Part shown: positions 27,590 through 35,266 of the stretch, piece after piece | How positions within the stretch are numbered: position 1 is the stretch's first letter | How the letters are laid out: each line of letters opens with the position of its first letter | Assembly: GCA_031279305.1 (NCBI GenBank) | Contig: JAITIS010000095.1 | Span: 1 to 35,266 of the forward strand | Source of the DNA: Candidatus Margulisiibacteriota bacterium | Lineage (GTDB): Bacteria; Margulisbacteria; Termititenacia; Termititenacales; Termititenacaceae | Direction: 5' to 3' | DNA: 35,266 bases | Program-made: the position numbers and the translations under genes | The notes under the pieces: generated by a model | Told to the model about the DNA's origin: nothing | What the model saw: the letters and a program-made list of their open reading frames with translations, nothing else | Databases searched by the model: none

Positions 27590-29497
27590 TTAATTTTCTA
27601 AGGCTGTAACCAAACCTCTCTCTCTCTCTCTCTCTAAATTTTTGATAATTTCTCTGGCGTGGTTGATGGCCTGTTGTTTGGCTTCAATCTGGCTCACAAT
27701 TTCTCCCTGCGCCTCCAGCGGCGGCCGCGGGATTTTGATTTTTAGCAGATCTTTGCCGAGCAAATGAATGATGTTGGTGCCTCTGGCGTAAGCGGCCAGT
27801 TCTTTTTTTAAGGGGCCGCTTAAAAGATAGGCGAGATAAACCGGATTGATTTTAGCTTTGTCAATTCGGAGAATATTTATATCTCCGCCAATAATCACCC
27901 CGTCCTCCAGCAAAGCGCTGGCGGTGGCGATGCCCAGCGGCCCCGCGGTGGTCGTGCCGGGCACCAGCACATCTCCGCTGACGGAGAGTATCTTGCCGTC
28001 CCGGTCCGTGCGGCTCACCGCCTCCTTGATCACTTGCCCGTACAGCGTGTAAAGCTGGCCGTAATGAACGCATTTATTTCGGCCTTTTTCCCGCAAATCG
28101 CTTTTGGTCAGACCCTGTCCTCGCAAAAGCGCCGCCACTTCTTTTAACTCCACCAACGGCCATTTCTGATTTTTGCGGATTTTCGCCATTTTGTACCGCC
28201 CGCCGGATAAATTATAGTCGCCGGCGGCGGCGATTTTTTCCTGCGGCGCCCAGATGGCCAGCTCGCTTTTTTTCTCCAGCCCCTGCTGCCACGCCGCCAG
28301 CACGGCCAGCGCCTCAGGCAGATCATTTTTTTCTATTTTCCGGCGCTGCGCGCCGAGGTCAAAACCATCATTTTTAATTTCTATAAATAAAATTTTATCC
28401 GTTTTTTTAATAAACTGTTTGTCAAAAAACAGAATGCTGGTCTTCACGCCCGAATACGGCTGAAAAACTCCGGGCGGCAGCGAAACAACAGCCCATAGTC
28501 CGTCCGCGCAGAGTTTTTGGCGGATCTGGGTGTAGGCGCGCTCTGTCTTGAAAACAACGCCCTCCGGCACAATAATACCCGCGCGGCCTCTTAGGCTCAG
28601 GTGTTCCAATATGTAATCCACAAAAAGCACTTCGGAGCGCCGGGCTTGCACGGAAAATCTTTGATGCGGTTTTATGCCGCCTTTGGGCGTCATAAACGGC
28701 GGATTGGCGAGGATCACGGCAAAAGTTTCGTCCCATCTTTGCTCGCTGGTCAGGGTGTCGTACTCGTGGATTTTCGGCTCCGGGAAGCCGTGCAAATACA
28801 TATTGACGAGCGCCAGCCGCACCATATCCGGCGAAATATCATAGCCCGCGAGATTATTCATCAATTTTAATTTTTCGTCCGGGGTAAGCGGCTTGGCTTC
28901 ATTTTGCCTCAAAATATGCTTGTACGCGGAAATCAAAAACCCGGCGGTCCCGCAGGCGGGATCCAGAATTGTCTCATTCTTTTGCGGAGCCACCGCCGCC
29001 ACCATAAAATCAATAATATGCCGGGGCGTGCGGAACTGCCCCGCGTCACCTTGACTGCCGAGGACGGAAAGCAGATATTCAAAAGCATCGCCAAGATCTT
29101 CGCTGTGCTCATAATGAAAGTCGTTAATCTCTTTGAGGAAAAGCGTCAGCGTGCGCGGATCATTGTACGGCAGAAACACGCCTTTGAAAATATCCCGGAA
29201 CAACCGCGGGATGCGCGGATTTTGGGCTATATCCGCGATCGCCCGCACGTAGAGACTCAGACGCTCCGGCCCGGAAAGCCTCCCGTCCAGCAGTCTAGCC
29301 CAAGCGTATTGTTTTCGCTTAGCGGCAAAAAACTGCGCCTTTAAGCCCACTTCCTCATTTTCCCGGTCCATATCATCCATAAATTTATAGATGAGCGCCG
29401 TCGTGATCTGCTCCACCTGAGCTTTGGGATCAGGGACTTTGCCGACGAGAACATCCCGCACCGAGTCAATTTTTCGTTTGGTAAGCTGATCCAGCAT
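27590..29497 (-). CDS. hsdM: Type I N6-adenine methyltransferase HsdM fused to one specificity domain (TRD1)
   Basis: GQFRTPRHI, DPACGTAGFL (motif I), ANPPF (motif IV), IIVPEGV; then WPLVELKEV..IKIPRPPLEAQGEIV TRD/conserved region; ends LERERERGLVTALEN*. Confidence 0.92.
   Translation of the reverse strand: MLDQLTKRKIDSVRDVLVGKVPDPKAQVEQITTALIYKFMDDMDRENEEVGLKAQFFAAKRKQYAWARLLDGRLSGPERLSLYVRAIADIAQNPRIPRLFRDIFKGVFLPYNDPRTLTLFLKEINDFHYEHSEDLGDAFEYLLSVLGSQGDAGQFRTPRHIIDFMVAAVAPQKNETILDPACGTAGFLISAYKHILRQNEAKPLTPDEKLKLMNNLAGYDISPDMVRLALVNMYLHGFPEPKIHEYDTLTSEQRWDETFAVILANPPFMTPKGGIKPHQRFSVQARRSEVLFVDYILEHLSLRGRAGIIVPEGVVFKTERAYTQIRQKLCADGLWAVVSLPPGVFQPYSGVKTSILFFDKQFIKKTDKILFIEIKNDGFDLGAQRRKIEKNDLPEALAVLAAWQQGLEKKSELAIWAPQEKIAAAGDYNLSGGRYKMAKIRKNQKWPLVELKEVAALLRGQGLTKSDLREKGRNKCVHYGQLYTLYGQVIKEAVSRTDRDGKILSVSGDVLVPGTTTAGPLGIATASALLEDGVIIGGDINILRIDKAKINPVYLAYLLSGPLKKELAAYARGTNIIHLLGKDLLKIKIPRPPLEAQGEIVSQIEAKQQAINHAREIIKNLERERERGLVTALEN
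27616..27635 (-). repeat. (AG)10 simple sequence repeat; putative phase-variation tract
   Basis: (CT)10 on the plus strand, in the linker between TRD1 and TRD2. Confidence 0.9.
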
Positions 29498-29549
29498 AAT
29501 TAAAACATCGCCGTGTTCTTTTTATTTTGCCAAAATGGCAGCCGCTATT

Positions 29550-32057
29550 TTACTCCATATATTGATTAACAGAAACATAATCTTTTACATACTCCGGGAT
29601 AATTTCCCGCCAGCTATCCAGAGCTTTATACTCCGCCATTGTAAAACCGGCAAAGCTGCGGGGAAACCGCCGGTTGTTTATTTCCCGGCGGAAATATTCA
29701 TTGGCCGCGTAGGCTTTCAAATAATTTTTAATATGCGGCACATATTTACTGTCCGGTTTATAGATCGAAATAAACTTTTCACATTCTTCCTCTAGTTTTG
29801 CGTCTTTGGACTTGAACGCGTCAATTAAGCCGAACGCGCGCTCCAAAAATTCGCGCCAAGTGATCCGGCGGTCAAGATTTTCACTGCGGCGTATTTTTTC
29901 CAGATTGAGAAACAACCGCGGCTTATCCTCATATCTGTCCCGCGCAATCCGCACGGCTCTGTCCCATTGCTCGTTTTCCACGGCGGATTTTAGCTCCGCA
30001 TCCTCCCGCAGCTTTGCGCGGGCTTTTTCAAATAATTTGCGGTCAACTTTCATGCCTTCGAGTCCGACCGGCGTCTCCACAAAAGTTTTTATGCTGTCCG
30101 GATCAAATACTTCAATTTCATCAGTCCCTGCGCCGCCAAGCCCGCCGCCGGCTCCTTGCCGCCCGATCGGCAGCGGCAAAATCTCGTCATAATCAAATTT
30201 TTCCTCAAAATACTCGCAATTGGCGAAAAAATCAAAAAACTTAAAATGTTCTTTTTCCGCTCTATGCTTGGCGCCGTCCGCGTCGATGTATTCAAAAGTA
30301 TGCCGGCGCGTACCGCGCCCTTTGATCTGAATAAAATCTGTCGGCGAAAAAACAGGGCGCATCAGCGCCAGATTCAAAATATCCTGACAGTCATAGCCAG
30401 TGGTCATCATTCCGACGGTCACGCACACTCTTGTCCGGCTGGATTTATAGTTTTCCAGAAATCTGGTGCAGCCGTGGAGATTATTATTGGCAAAATTGAG
30501 CGTGAAACGCTGCGCGTCTGGAATGCTGGAGGTGACCTGCACGGCAAAATCCGAATTATATTTGCCGGGCCAGAGCCGGTCTGCTTCTTGATTGAGCGCC
30601 TGCGTTATTTTTGAGGCGTGCCGCTGGCTCACGCAAAACACGATGCTTTTGCCGATCTCTCCGCTCAGCGGATCGGCGAGGGCGTTTTTCATAAATACTT
30701 GGCAAAAGACACGATTGGTTTTTTCGGAAAAGAATCTCTTTTCAAAATCCCGCTGAAAAAATGTCTCCTCATTTTCTTCGCCGTCGACGTTTGCCGTCGT
30801 CACGGCATAGCCTTTTTGCGAAAGAAGATCCGCGGTAATATCGGTCCGCGCGTCAGAAACAATCGGATTGATCAGATATCCTTCGCGCACCCCGTCCAGC
30901 AAACTAAAACGGAAAGTCGGCTCGCTGTTTTTACAGCCAAAAGTCACGTAAGTATCCAAAAGCTGCCGGCGTTCCCAAGCGCGCGGGTCATTCTGGGAAA
31001 TCCGCCGCGGGTCAATATTTTTCAGATAATCTTTGGGAGTCGCGGTCAAACCTAATTTATAGCCAATAAAATACTCAAAAACCGCCCGCGAGTTTCCGCC
31101 AATCGCGCGGTGGGACTCGTCGGCAATGAGCAAATCGAAATCCGTCGGCGCAAAAAGTTTTTTGTATTTATCCTGCGCTGTAAAACTCTGCACCGTCGAC
31201 ACAACAATCTCCGCTTTTTTCCAGTCGTCGCGGTTTTGTTTGTAGATCACCGCGGCAAAATCATTGCTCAAATAGCAATCAAGGTTTTTGCGAGCCTGCG
31301 TCTCCAGCTCCAGACGGTCTACCAAAAACAAAATCCTTTTGGCATTGCCAGTCCGCAGAAATAATTTAATAACCGCCGCGGAAATAAGCGTCTTGCCTGT
31401 GCCTGTGGCCATTTCAAAAAGGAAACGGTCATTTCCCGCCGCGGCGGCTTCTTGCAAAGCGCGAACCGCCCTAAGCTGGTAAGGGCGCAAAATCCGCAGA
31501 TTTTCCGCCCAGAGATACCGCGCCCTTGTCGCTTTGTCTCTGTAGCGAGGATCATCCTGAAAATGCGGCTTTTGGGTCAAAGCGATATAGTCCGCTTCAA
31601 CTTTTTCCGCGGCCAGACGCTTGTTGTCGGGCTTAAATTCCCGGCGGTGTTTTAAGGACTCCTGTGAGGGAAATTTGGCAATGACTTCCGGGTTGCCCCG
31701 CGCCAAATCCCAAAAGTAGTGCAGATTGCCATTGGACAGAAGCACAAAGCGAGCCTTTGCAGCGCTGGCGTATTTCCTCGCCTGTTCTTTGCCGTCGAGA
31801 GGATCCTTATCCTCTCTCTTGGCCTCCAAAACCACCAGCGGAAATCCCTGCTCATCCAGCAGGAGAAAATCGACAAACCCGTTTTTTGCCGACTCAAAAT
31901 CTTTGCCGAGAGCGGCAATGTCCTTTTGCGCGAGTTTCACGGCTTGTTCCAGCGCGATATTGGCCTGCCCCGCGCTATCGTCAAAAAACCGCCAGCCCGC
32001 TTCTTCAAGAAGTTTGTTTATTTTTATCCGCGCGCCGGCTTCTTTAGAATCCACCAT
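29550..32057 (-). CDS. hsdR: Type I restriction endonuclease subunit R
   Basis: PD-(D/E)xK-type nuclease (VDFLLLD..LEAK), LRPYQ, MATGTGKT, FLVDR, DESH, GLTATP, MMTTGYD, QIKGRGTR. Confidence 0.92.
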   Translation of the reverse strand: MVDSKEAGARIKINKLLEEAGWRFFDDSAGQANIALEQAVKLAQKDIAALGKDFESAKNGFVDFLLLDEQGFPLVVLEAKREDKDPLDGKEQARKYASAAKARFVLLSNGNLHYFWDLARGNPEVIAKFPSQESLKHRREFKPDNKRLAAEKVEADYIALTQKPHFQDDPRYRDKATRARYLWAENLRILRPYQLRAVRALQEAAAAGNDRFLFEMATGTGKTLISAAVIKLFLRTGNAKRILFLVDRLELETQARKNLDCYLSNDFAAVIYKQNRDDWKKAEIVVSTVQSFTAQDKYKKLFAPTDFDLLIADESHRAIGGNSRAVFEYFIGYKLGLTATPKDYLKNIDPRRISQNDPRAWERRQLLDTYVTFGCKNSEPTFRFSLLDGVREGYLINPIVSDARTDITADLLSQKGYAVTTANVDGEENEETFFQRDFEKRFFSEKTNRVFCQVFMKNALADPLSGEIGKSIVFCVSQRHASKITQALNQEADRLWPGKYNSDFAVQVTSSIPDAQRFTLNFANNNLHGCTRFLENYKSSRTRVCVTVGMMTTGYDCQDILNLALMRPVFSPTDFIQIKGRGTRRHTFEYIDADGAKHRAEKEHFKFFDFFANCEYFEEKFDYDEILPLPIGRQGAGGGLGGAGTDEIEVFDPDSIKTFVETPVGLEGMKVDRKLFEKARAKLREDAELKSAVENEQWDRAVRIARDRYEDKPRLFLNLEKIRRSENLDRRITWREFLERAFGLIDAFKSKDAKLEEECEKFISIYKPDSKYVPHIKNYLKAYAANEYFRREINNRRFPRSFAGFTMAEYKALDSWREIIPEYVKDYVSVNQYME

Positions 32058-32089
32058 AATTTTGTTTTAGCAGGACAATCAATACAGAG

Positions 32090-32174
32090 CGGAGAGGGCG
32101 AGATTCGAACTCGCGGTGGCTTGCGCCACACAACATTTCCAATGTTGCACCATCGGCCACTCGGACACCTCTCC
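32090..32174 (-). tRNA. tRNA-Ser (anticodon GGA), CCA not encoded
   Basis: Acceptor stem GGAGAGG/CCTCTCC; anticodon arm CAACA-TTGGAAA-TGTTG; long variable arm GTGGC-GCAA-GCCAC; T loop TTCGAAT. Confidence 0.95.
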
Positions 32175-32231
32175 GCAAAGATAAATATTTTAAGCGAAAA
32201 CAGCCGGTAAATAAAGCCGGCGCAGAGAGGT

Positions 32232-32263
32232 AAAAAAGAAGCCGCCGGGCAGAGGGCGGCTTC
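32232..32263 (-). terminator. Intrinsic terminator of the sigma factor gene
   Basis: Minus strand GAAGCCGCC-8 nt-GGCGGCTTC-TTTTTT. Confidence 0.85.
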
Positions 32264-32289
32264 TGCGCAAATTGATGTCCTCCCCTCGA

Positions 32290-33081
32290 TTACATCAAAG
32301 CCAGAGCTACTTTGCGGCAGGCGCTTTTGATTATCCGCGAGACCTGCGCCTGCGTGATTCTAAAACGCGCGGCGATCTGATCTTGGCTGAATTCCCGGAA
32401 AAAATGATATTTCAAAATCAACTGGTCGCGCGGACTGAGCAGATACAGGGCTTCGTGCAGGCCTTCGCGTTCCAGCATATTGTCCGTAAAACCATCGCAG
32501 CCGATGACCTCCTCCAGCCGGACAAAAGCCTCTTTGCCGTTGTTGTTCTTGACCGGCGCGTCCAGCGAGGCCAGATAATGGGCGTTGACCGTCTGGGTGA
32601 TTTTGTCCAGCGCTTTCTTTTTAAGCTTAAAACGGCGGGCGATCTCGGCGCGGGAGGCTTCGCGTCCGTGTTTATACAAAAACTCCTCGCGGTATTTCTG
32701 GATGCGCGCGTTAAGCTCCACGCATTTGCGCGAGACGCGGATGCCGTAACAATTGTCCCGGATAAAATGCTTCAGCTCGCCGTCGATAGTCGGTATCGCA
32801 TAGCAAGACAGTTTTCCGCGGCGCGCGGGATTGTATTTGCGCACAGCTTTGATCAGGCCGACCGCCGCCACCTGCACCAGATCTTGAATATCCACGTCCC
32901 GGCGCATATATTTTTTGGCCATATAGACCGCCAGCGGAAAATTTTCCTCGACGATTCGCCGTTTCTCGATATTCAGCTGAGTTTTCAAACTGCCGTTTAT
33001 CAGTTTCGCGATAATCTTTTTGTGAATACTTTTGAGTTCCAGAATATCCCTGTGTTTTTTGGTCTTGAGCGCTGCCGCCAT
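32290..33081 (-). CDS. RNA polymerase sigma factor, SigB/SigF/SigG family
   Basis: DLVQVAAVGLIKAV, YAIPTIDGELKHFIRD (SigB/F region 2.4), ASLDAP, SQDQIAARFRITQAQVSRI HTH; GGGAGG RBS. Confidence 0.9.
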   Translation of the reverse strand: MAAALKTKKHRDILELKSIHKKIIAKLINGSLKTQLNIEKRRIVEENFPLAVYMAKKYMRRDVDIQDLVQVAAVGLIKAVRKYNPARRGKLSCYAIPTIDGELKHFIRDNCYGIRVSRKCVELNARIQKYREEFLYKHGREASRAEIARRFKLKKKALDKITQTVNAHYLASLDAPVKNNNGKEAFVRLEEVIGCDGFTDNMLEREGLHEALYLLSPRDQLILKYHFFREFSQDQIAARFRITQAQVSRIIKSACRKVALALM

Positions 33082-33246
33082 TTGTCTGCCTCCCTCTGAT
33101 GTACAGGTTTACAGACAAAATAAGACAGTTTTTGCGCCAACTCATATTTTTAGCGTATTCACAGCAAAAATTATAAAATCTGGCTGTTTTTATGGACACT
33201 TCTTGTGTTCAAGATTAAACACAGGTGCAGGCGTGTAAAGGAATAG

Positions 33247-33948
33247 TTATTTTATGTGTATAAATTTATGCATTTGCGGCAGCACCTTATATGCATAGCC
33301 CGCTTTATCCAGAATATACAGCCATTTTTGCAGGGTCGGGAGATGCAGTTTATTGTGCGCCGGCTGTAAATATAATTCCGGGGCGGGCGGCGTTAAACGG
33401 CTCCGGGGCGGATAACAATGTCCGAGTATTTTCAAAATACCCTGCGTATCCAAATTTTTTTCTAAAACTATTTTTATATACCGGCTGGATTTTTCAGGCA
33501 CGGCGCGGTAAAAATCCTCAAATTTTTTATTTTTGATGTCAATGGAATAAATTATATTTTTCCGCGCGGGCAGATATTTGATCCGGCCGGGCAGAGTGCC
33601 ATTGGTCTCGATAAGATAGGTGTGCCGCGCGCCCAGCAGGTCGATGACCGCGGCGATGTAGCGCGCCTGCAGGAGCGGCTCGCCGCCGGTGAAGCTGACC
33701 AGACCGGACGGCGCCAGACGGGAAACCAGAGCCGCGCAGTCCGGCGCGGATATATCGTTGAGAAAACGCGCGGCGCGCCGGCCAAACTCCTGATGCCGGC
33801 AGTATTTTGTCCGGCGCCAAGCGCGTCTGGTGTCGCAGTAGGCGCAGCGCAGATTGCAGCCGCTGAAACGCACGAATACCGTCGGCGCGCCGGTAAAGCG
33901 GCCTTCGCCCTGAATACTGCGAAATATCTCCTGAATATTGGCTTTCAT
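33247..33948 (-). CDS. queE: 7-carboxy-7-deazaguanine synthase (radical SAM)
   Basis: EIFRSIQGEG, FVRFSGCNLRCAYCDT, TGGEPL, IETNGT, YLQP, PQMHK. Start ATG 33948 overlaps the queC stop (ATGA). Confidence 0.92.
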   Translation of the reverse strand: MKANIQEIFRSIQGEGRFTGAPTVFVRFSGCNLRCAYCDTRRAWRRTKYCRHQEFGRRAARFLNDISAPDCAALVSRLAPSGLVSFTGGEPLLQARYIAAVIDLLGARHTYLIETNGTLPGRIKYLPARKNIIYSIDIKNKKFEDFYRAVPEKSSRYIKIVLEKNLDTQGILKILGHCYPPRSRLTPPAPELYLQPAHNKLHLPTLQKWLYILDKAGYAYKVLPQMHKFIHIK

Positions 33949-34655
33949 TTTAACGCGCCGATAAACTCCGCGTAGCCGCGCCGGCGCAGCAAACAGGCTG
34001 GACATTCCCCGCAGCCATAGCCCCAGTCGTGCCGGACAGTCCGGTCGCCGCGGTAACAGGTGTGAGTATGCTCGCGGATTAGCTCCGCGCCGTACTGTTT
34101 ATCCGCCCGGTCAAAAGGCGGCACCCGGTACTGATAAGCCATAGTCCAGGTTTCGGCTTTGGTTTTACGCATCAGCGGAGCGGCGATCTCCAAATCTGTT
34201 TCCATCGCCGCGTTAAGCGCAGCCTCTAAAAATTTGATGGTGTATTCCCGGCAGTCTGGATAGCCGCTGTAATCCGTCTCGCTCACGCCGGTCACCAGCC
34301 GGCCGCAGTTTAACTGATAAGCCAGCGCCGCGGCTTGGGCTAAAAATATGGCGTTCCGTCCCGGCACGAAAGAAGCCGGCAGCCCGTCCCGGCGTTCATT
34401 CAAATCACCGCCGGTCAAAAGCGCGCTGCCGCCGATCTGCCGCAGAGCCGGAATATCCAGCGCGTAATAGCCGGCAGTTTTTAAGATTTTGGCCGCCTGC
34501 GCGGCGCAGTCTAACTCTATGCTATGACGCTGACCGTAATTAAAGGATACCGCGTAGGTCCCGCCGCCGGTCTGCGCGGCCTCCATCAGACAGGTGACGC
34601 TGTCCTGCCCGCCGGACAGACAAACCAGTGTTTTGGTTTTATCCAGCAGCTTCAC
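33945..34655 (-). CDS. queC: 7-cyano-7-deazaguanine synthase
   Basis: SGGQDS, YGQRH..E, FVPGRN, YPDCR, THTCY, GCGECPAC.LR. Confidence 0.95.
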   Translation of the reverse strand: MKLLDKTKTLVCLSGGQDSVTCLMEAAQTGGGTYAVSFNYGQRHSIELDCAAQAAKILKTAGYYALDIPALRQIGGSALLTGGDLNERRDGLPASFVPGRNAIFLAQAAALAYQLNCGRLVTGVSETDYSGYPDCREYTIKFLEAALNAAMETDLEIAAPLMRKTKAETWTMAYQYRVPPFDRADKQYGAELIREHTHTCYRGDRTVRHDWGYGCGECPACLLRRRGYAEFIGALK

Positions 34656-34894
34656 CGATCCAGCCAGTCCAGCAGGGCATCCCAGCGGCGGTGAAAAAAA
34701 CCGGAAATGATTAGTTTATTCAAATAAAAATGCAAAAGCAAAAACAAAAGCCAGAAAACGAGCGGATAAAAAAACCAGATAGTCCCGCGCAGGGCTAGAT
34801 TAAGCAGCAGAAAAAATAAATTGGCGCCGGCAAAAAGCGCGGCGTGCACCAGAAAAAACAGCCATAGCGCACGTCTAAGCGCGGGATCGAGCAT
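34652..34894 (-). CDS. 2TM-domain small membrane protein
   Basis: HAALFAGAN..LNL...WFFYPLVFW...LLLH pattern typical of 2TM domain; GTGA overlap with queC; leaderless TGTTACAAT promoter. Confidence 0.75.
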   Translation of the reverse strand: MLDPALRRALWLFFLVHAALFAGANLFFLLLNLALRGTIWFFYPLVFWLLFLLLHFYLNKLIISGFFHRRWDALLDWLDR

Positions 34895-34909
34895 AGCGGT
34901 ATTGTAACA

Positions 34910-35110
34910 TTATTTGCGGCGGAGCACGCCGGGGTCTTCGGAAAAGACGATTACTTCATAGGGCTGCAATTCCGCGCCGGCGCCGGCATAGGCGCCCGGA
35001 CCGCTGATCAGCGCCGAAAATATGTCGTCATAATATTTGCGCAAAAATTCATCCTGTTCGGCGCCGGAGTTTTCCGGATCAATAAACTCTTCCGCAAAAA
35101 AATCATCCAT
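34910..35110 (-). CDS. Small acidic hypothetical protein (66 aa)
   Basis: AAGGTG RBS; acidic composition; fills the gap co-directionally. Confidence 0.6.
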   Translation of the reverse strand: MDDFFAEEFIDPENSGAEQDEFLRKYYDDIFSALISGPGAYAGAGAELQPYEVIVFSEDPGVLRRK

Positions 35111-35193
35111 AAAGACACCTTCTCTCCTGACGCTAAAAAAATACCCGCGCCAAAATCTAAATATGTATGAATTTTTTCCGTTGTTTTGTTAAA

Positions 35194-35265
35194 CTAGCCG
35201 GCAATGCTGTATCCCCGCTGGCTCAAAAAATCTTTGCCCAAATCCGCCGCCGGTCTGCGCATCCG
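35194..35265 (-). CDS. Possible 3' end of a gene entering from the right edge
   Basis: Open minus frame from the window edge (..RMRRPAADLGKDFLSQRGYSIAG*); too short to identify. Confidence 0.3.
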   Translation of the reverse strand, partial: RMRRPAADLGKDFLSQRGYSIAG

Positions 35266-35266
35266 G

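Noticed and set aside
26893-32174. Prophage/ICE/IS at the tRNA genes
   Set aside because: No integrase or transposase and no duplicated tRNA 3' end seen.
14259-33099. Long alternative-frame or antisense ORFs (e.g. 14259-15026, 22463-23203, 24558-25457, 32272-33099)
   Set aside because: They overlap well-supported genes, have no recognisable motifs, and are expected shadows in GC-rich coding DNA.
33247-34655. queC/queE next to an R-M locus as a 7-deazaguanine DNA-modification (dpd) or QueC-based defence system
   Set aside because: Both proteins have canonical length and motifs; no dpdA/TGT-like, TatD or ATPase partners are adjacent. Housekeeping queuosine synthesis is simpler.
34652-34910. 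preQ1 riboswitch upstream of the que genes
   Set aside because: The operon appears leaderless (-10 box 6 nt before the first ATG) and no preQ1 motif was recognised.

Overview
Compact chromosomal window from a diderm bacterium (lpxB, a secretin, an LptD-like barrel) that also has a SigB/F/G-type sigma factor and many extended -10 promoters. A Margulisbacteria/Cyanobacteriota-related lineage is plausible, but that is inference only. Left to right: a Tad/Flp pilus locus (5'-truncated surface protein, 3xPKD lipoprotein, unannotated 44-aa membrane peptide, cpaB-cpaC-cpaE-cpaF-tadB-tadC-DUF192, convergent prepilin peptidase); recN; an envelope cluster (PBP1A, DJ-1/PfpI, LptD-like, lpxB); tyrS, LEA-2 lipoprotein, PpiC-type PPIase, ispE; a 264-bp AT-rich gap between convergent genes with DnaA boxes (candidate dnaA-unlinked oriC); an orphan GspE/PilB-type ATPase; a 57-aa membrane peptide plus GH116 glucosidase; nadB/ugd; tRNA-Glu(CTC); a Type I R-M locus; tRNA-Ser(GGA); the sigma factor; queC-queE. 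Best leads: (1) an (AG)10 tract at the end of a fused HsdM-TRD1 gene, where losing one unit fuses in a second TRD (phase-variable specificity switch); (2) the candidate oriC carries NrdR-box-like sites at exact 32-bp periodicity, interleaved with DnaA-box-like sites, with no gene to regulate; (3) a shared SigF/B-type promoter motif upstream of Tad genes; (4) pervasive leaderless or near-leaderless gene starts. All calls come from motif reading and hand counts; no searches were run.
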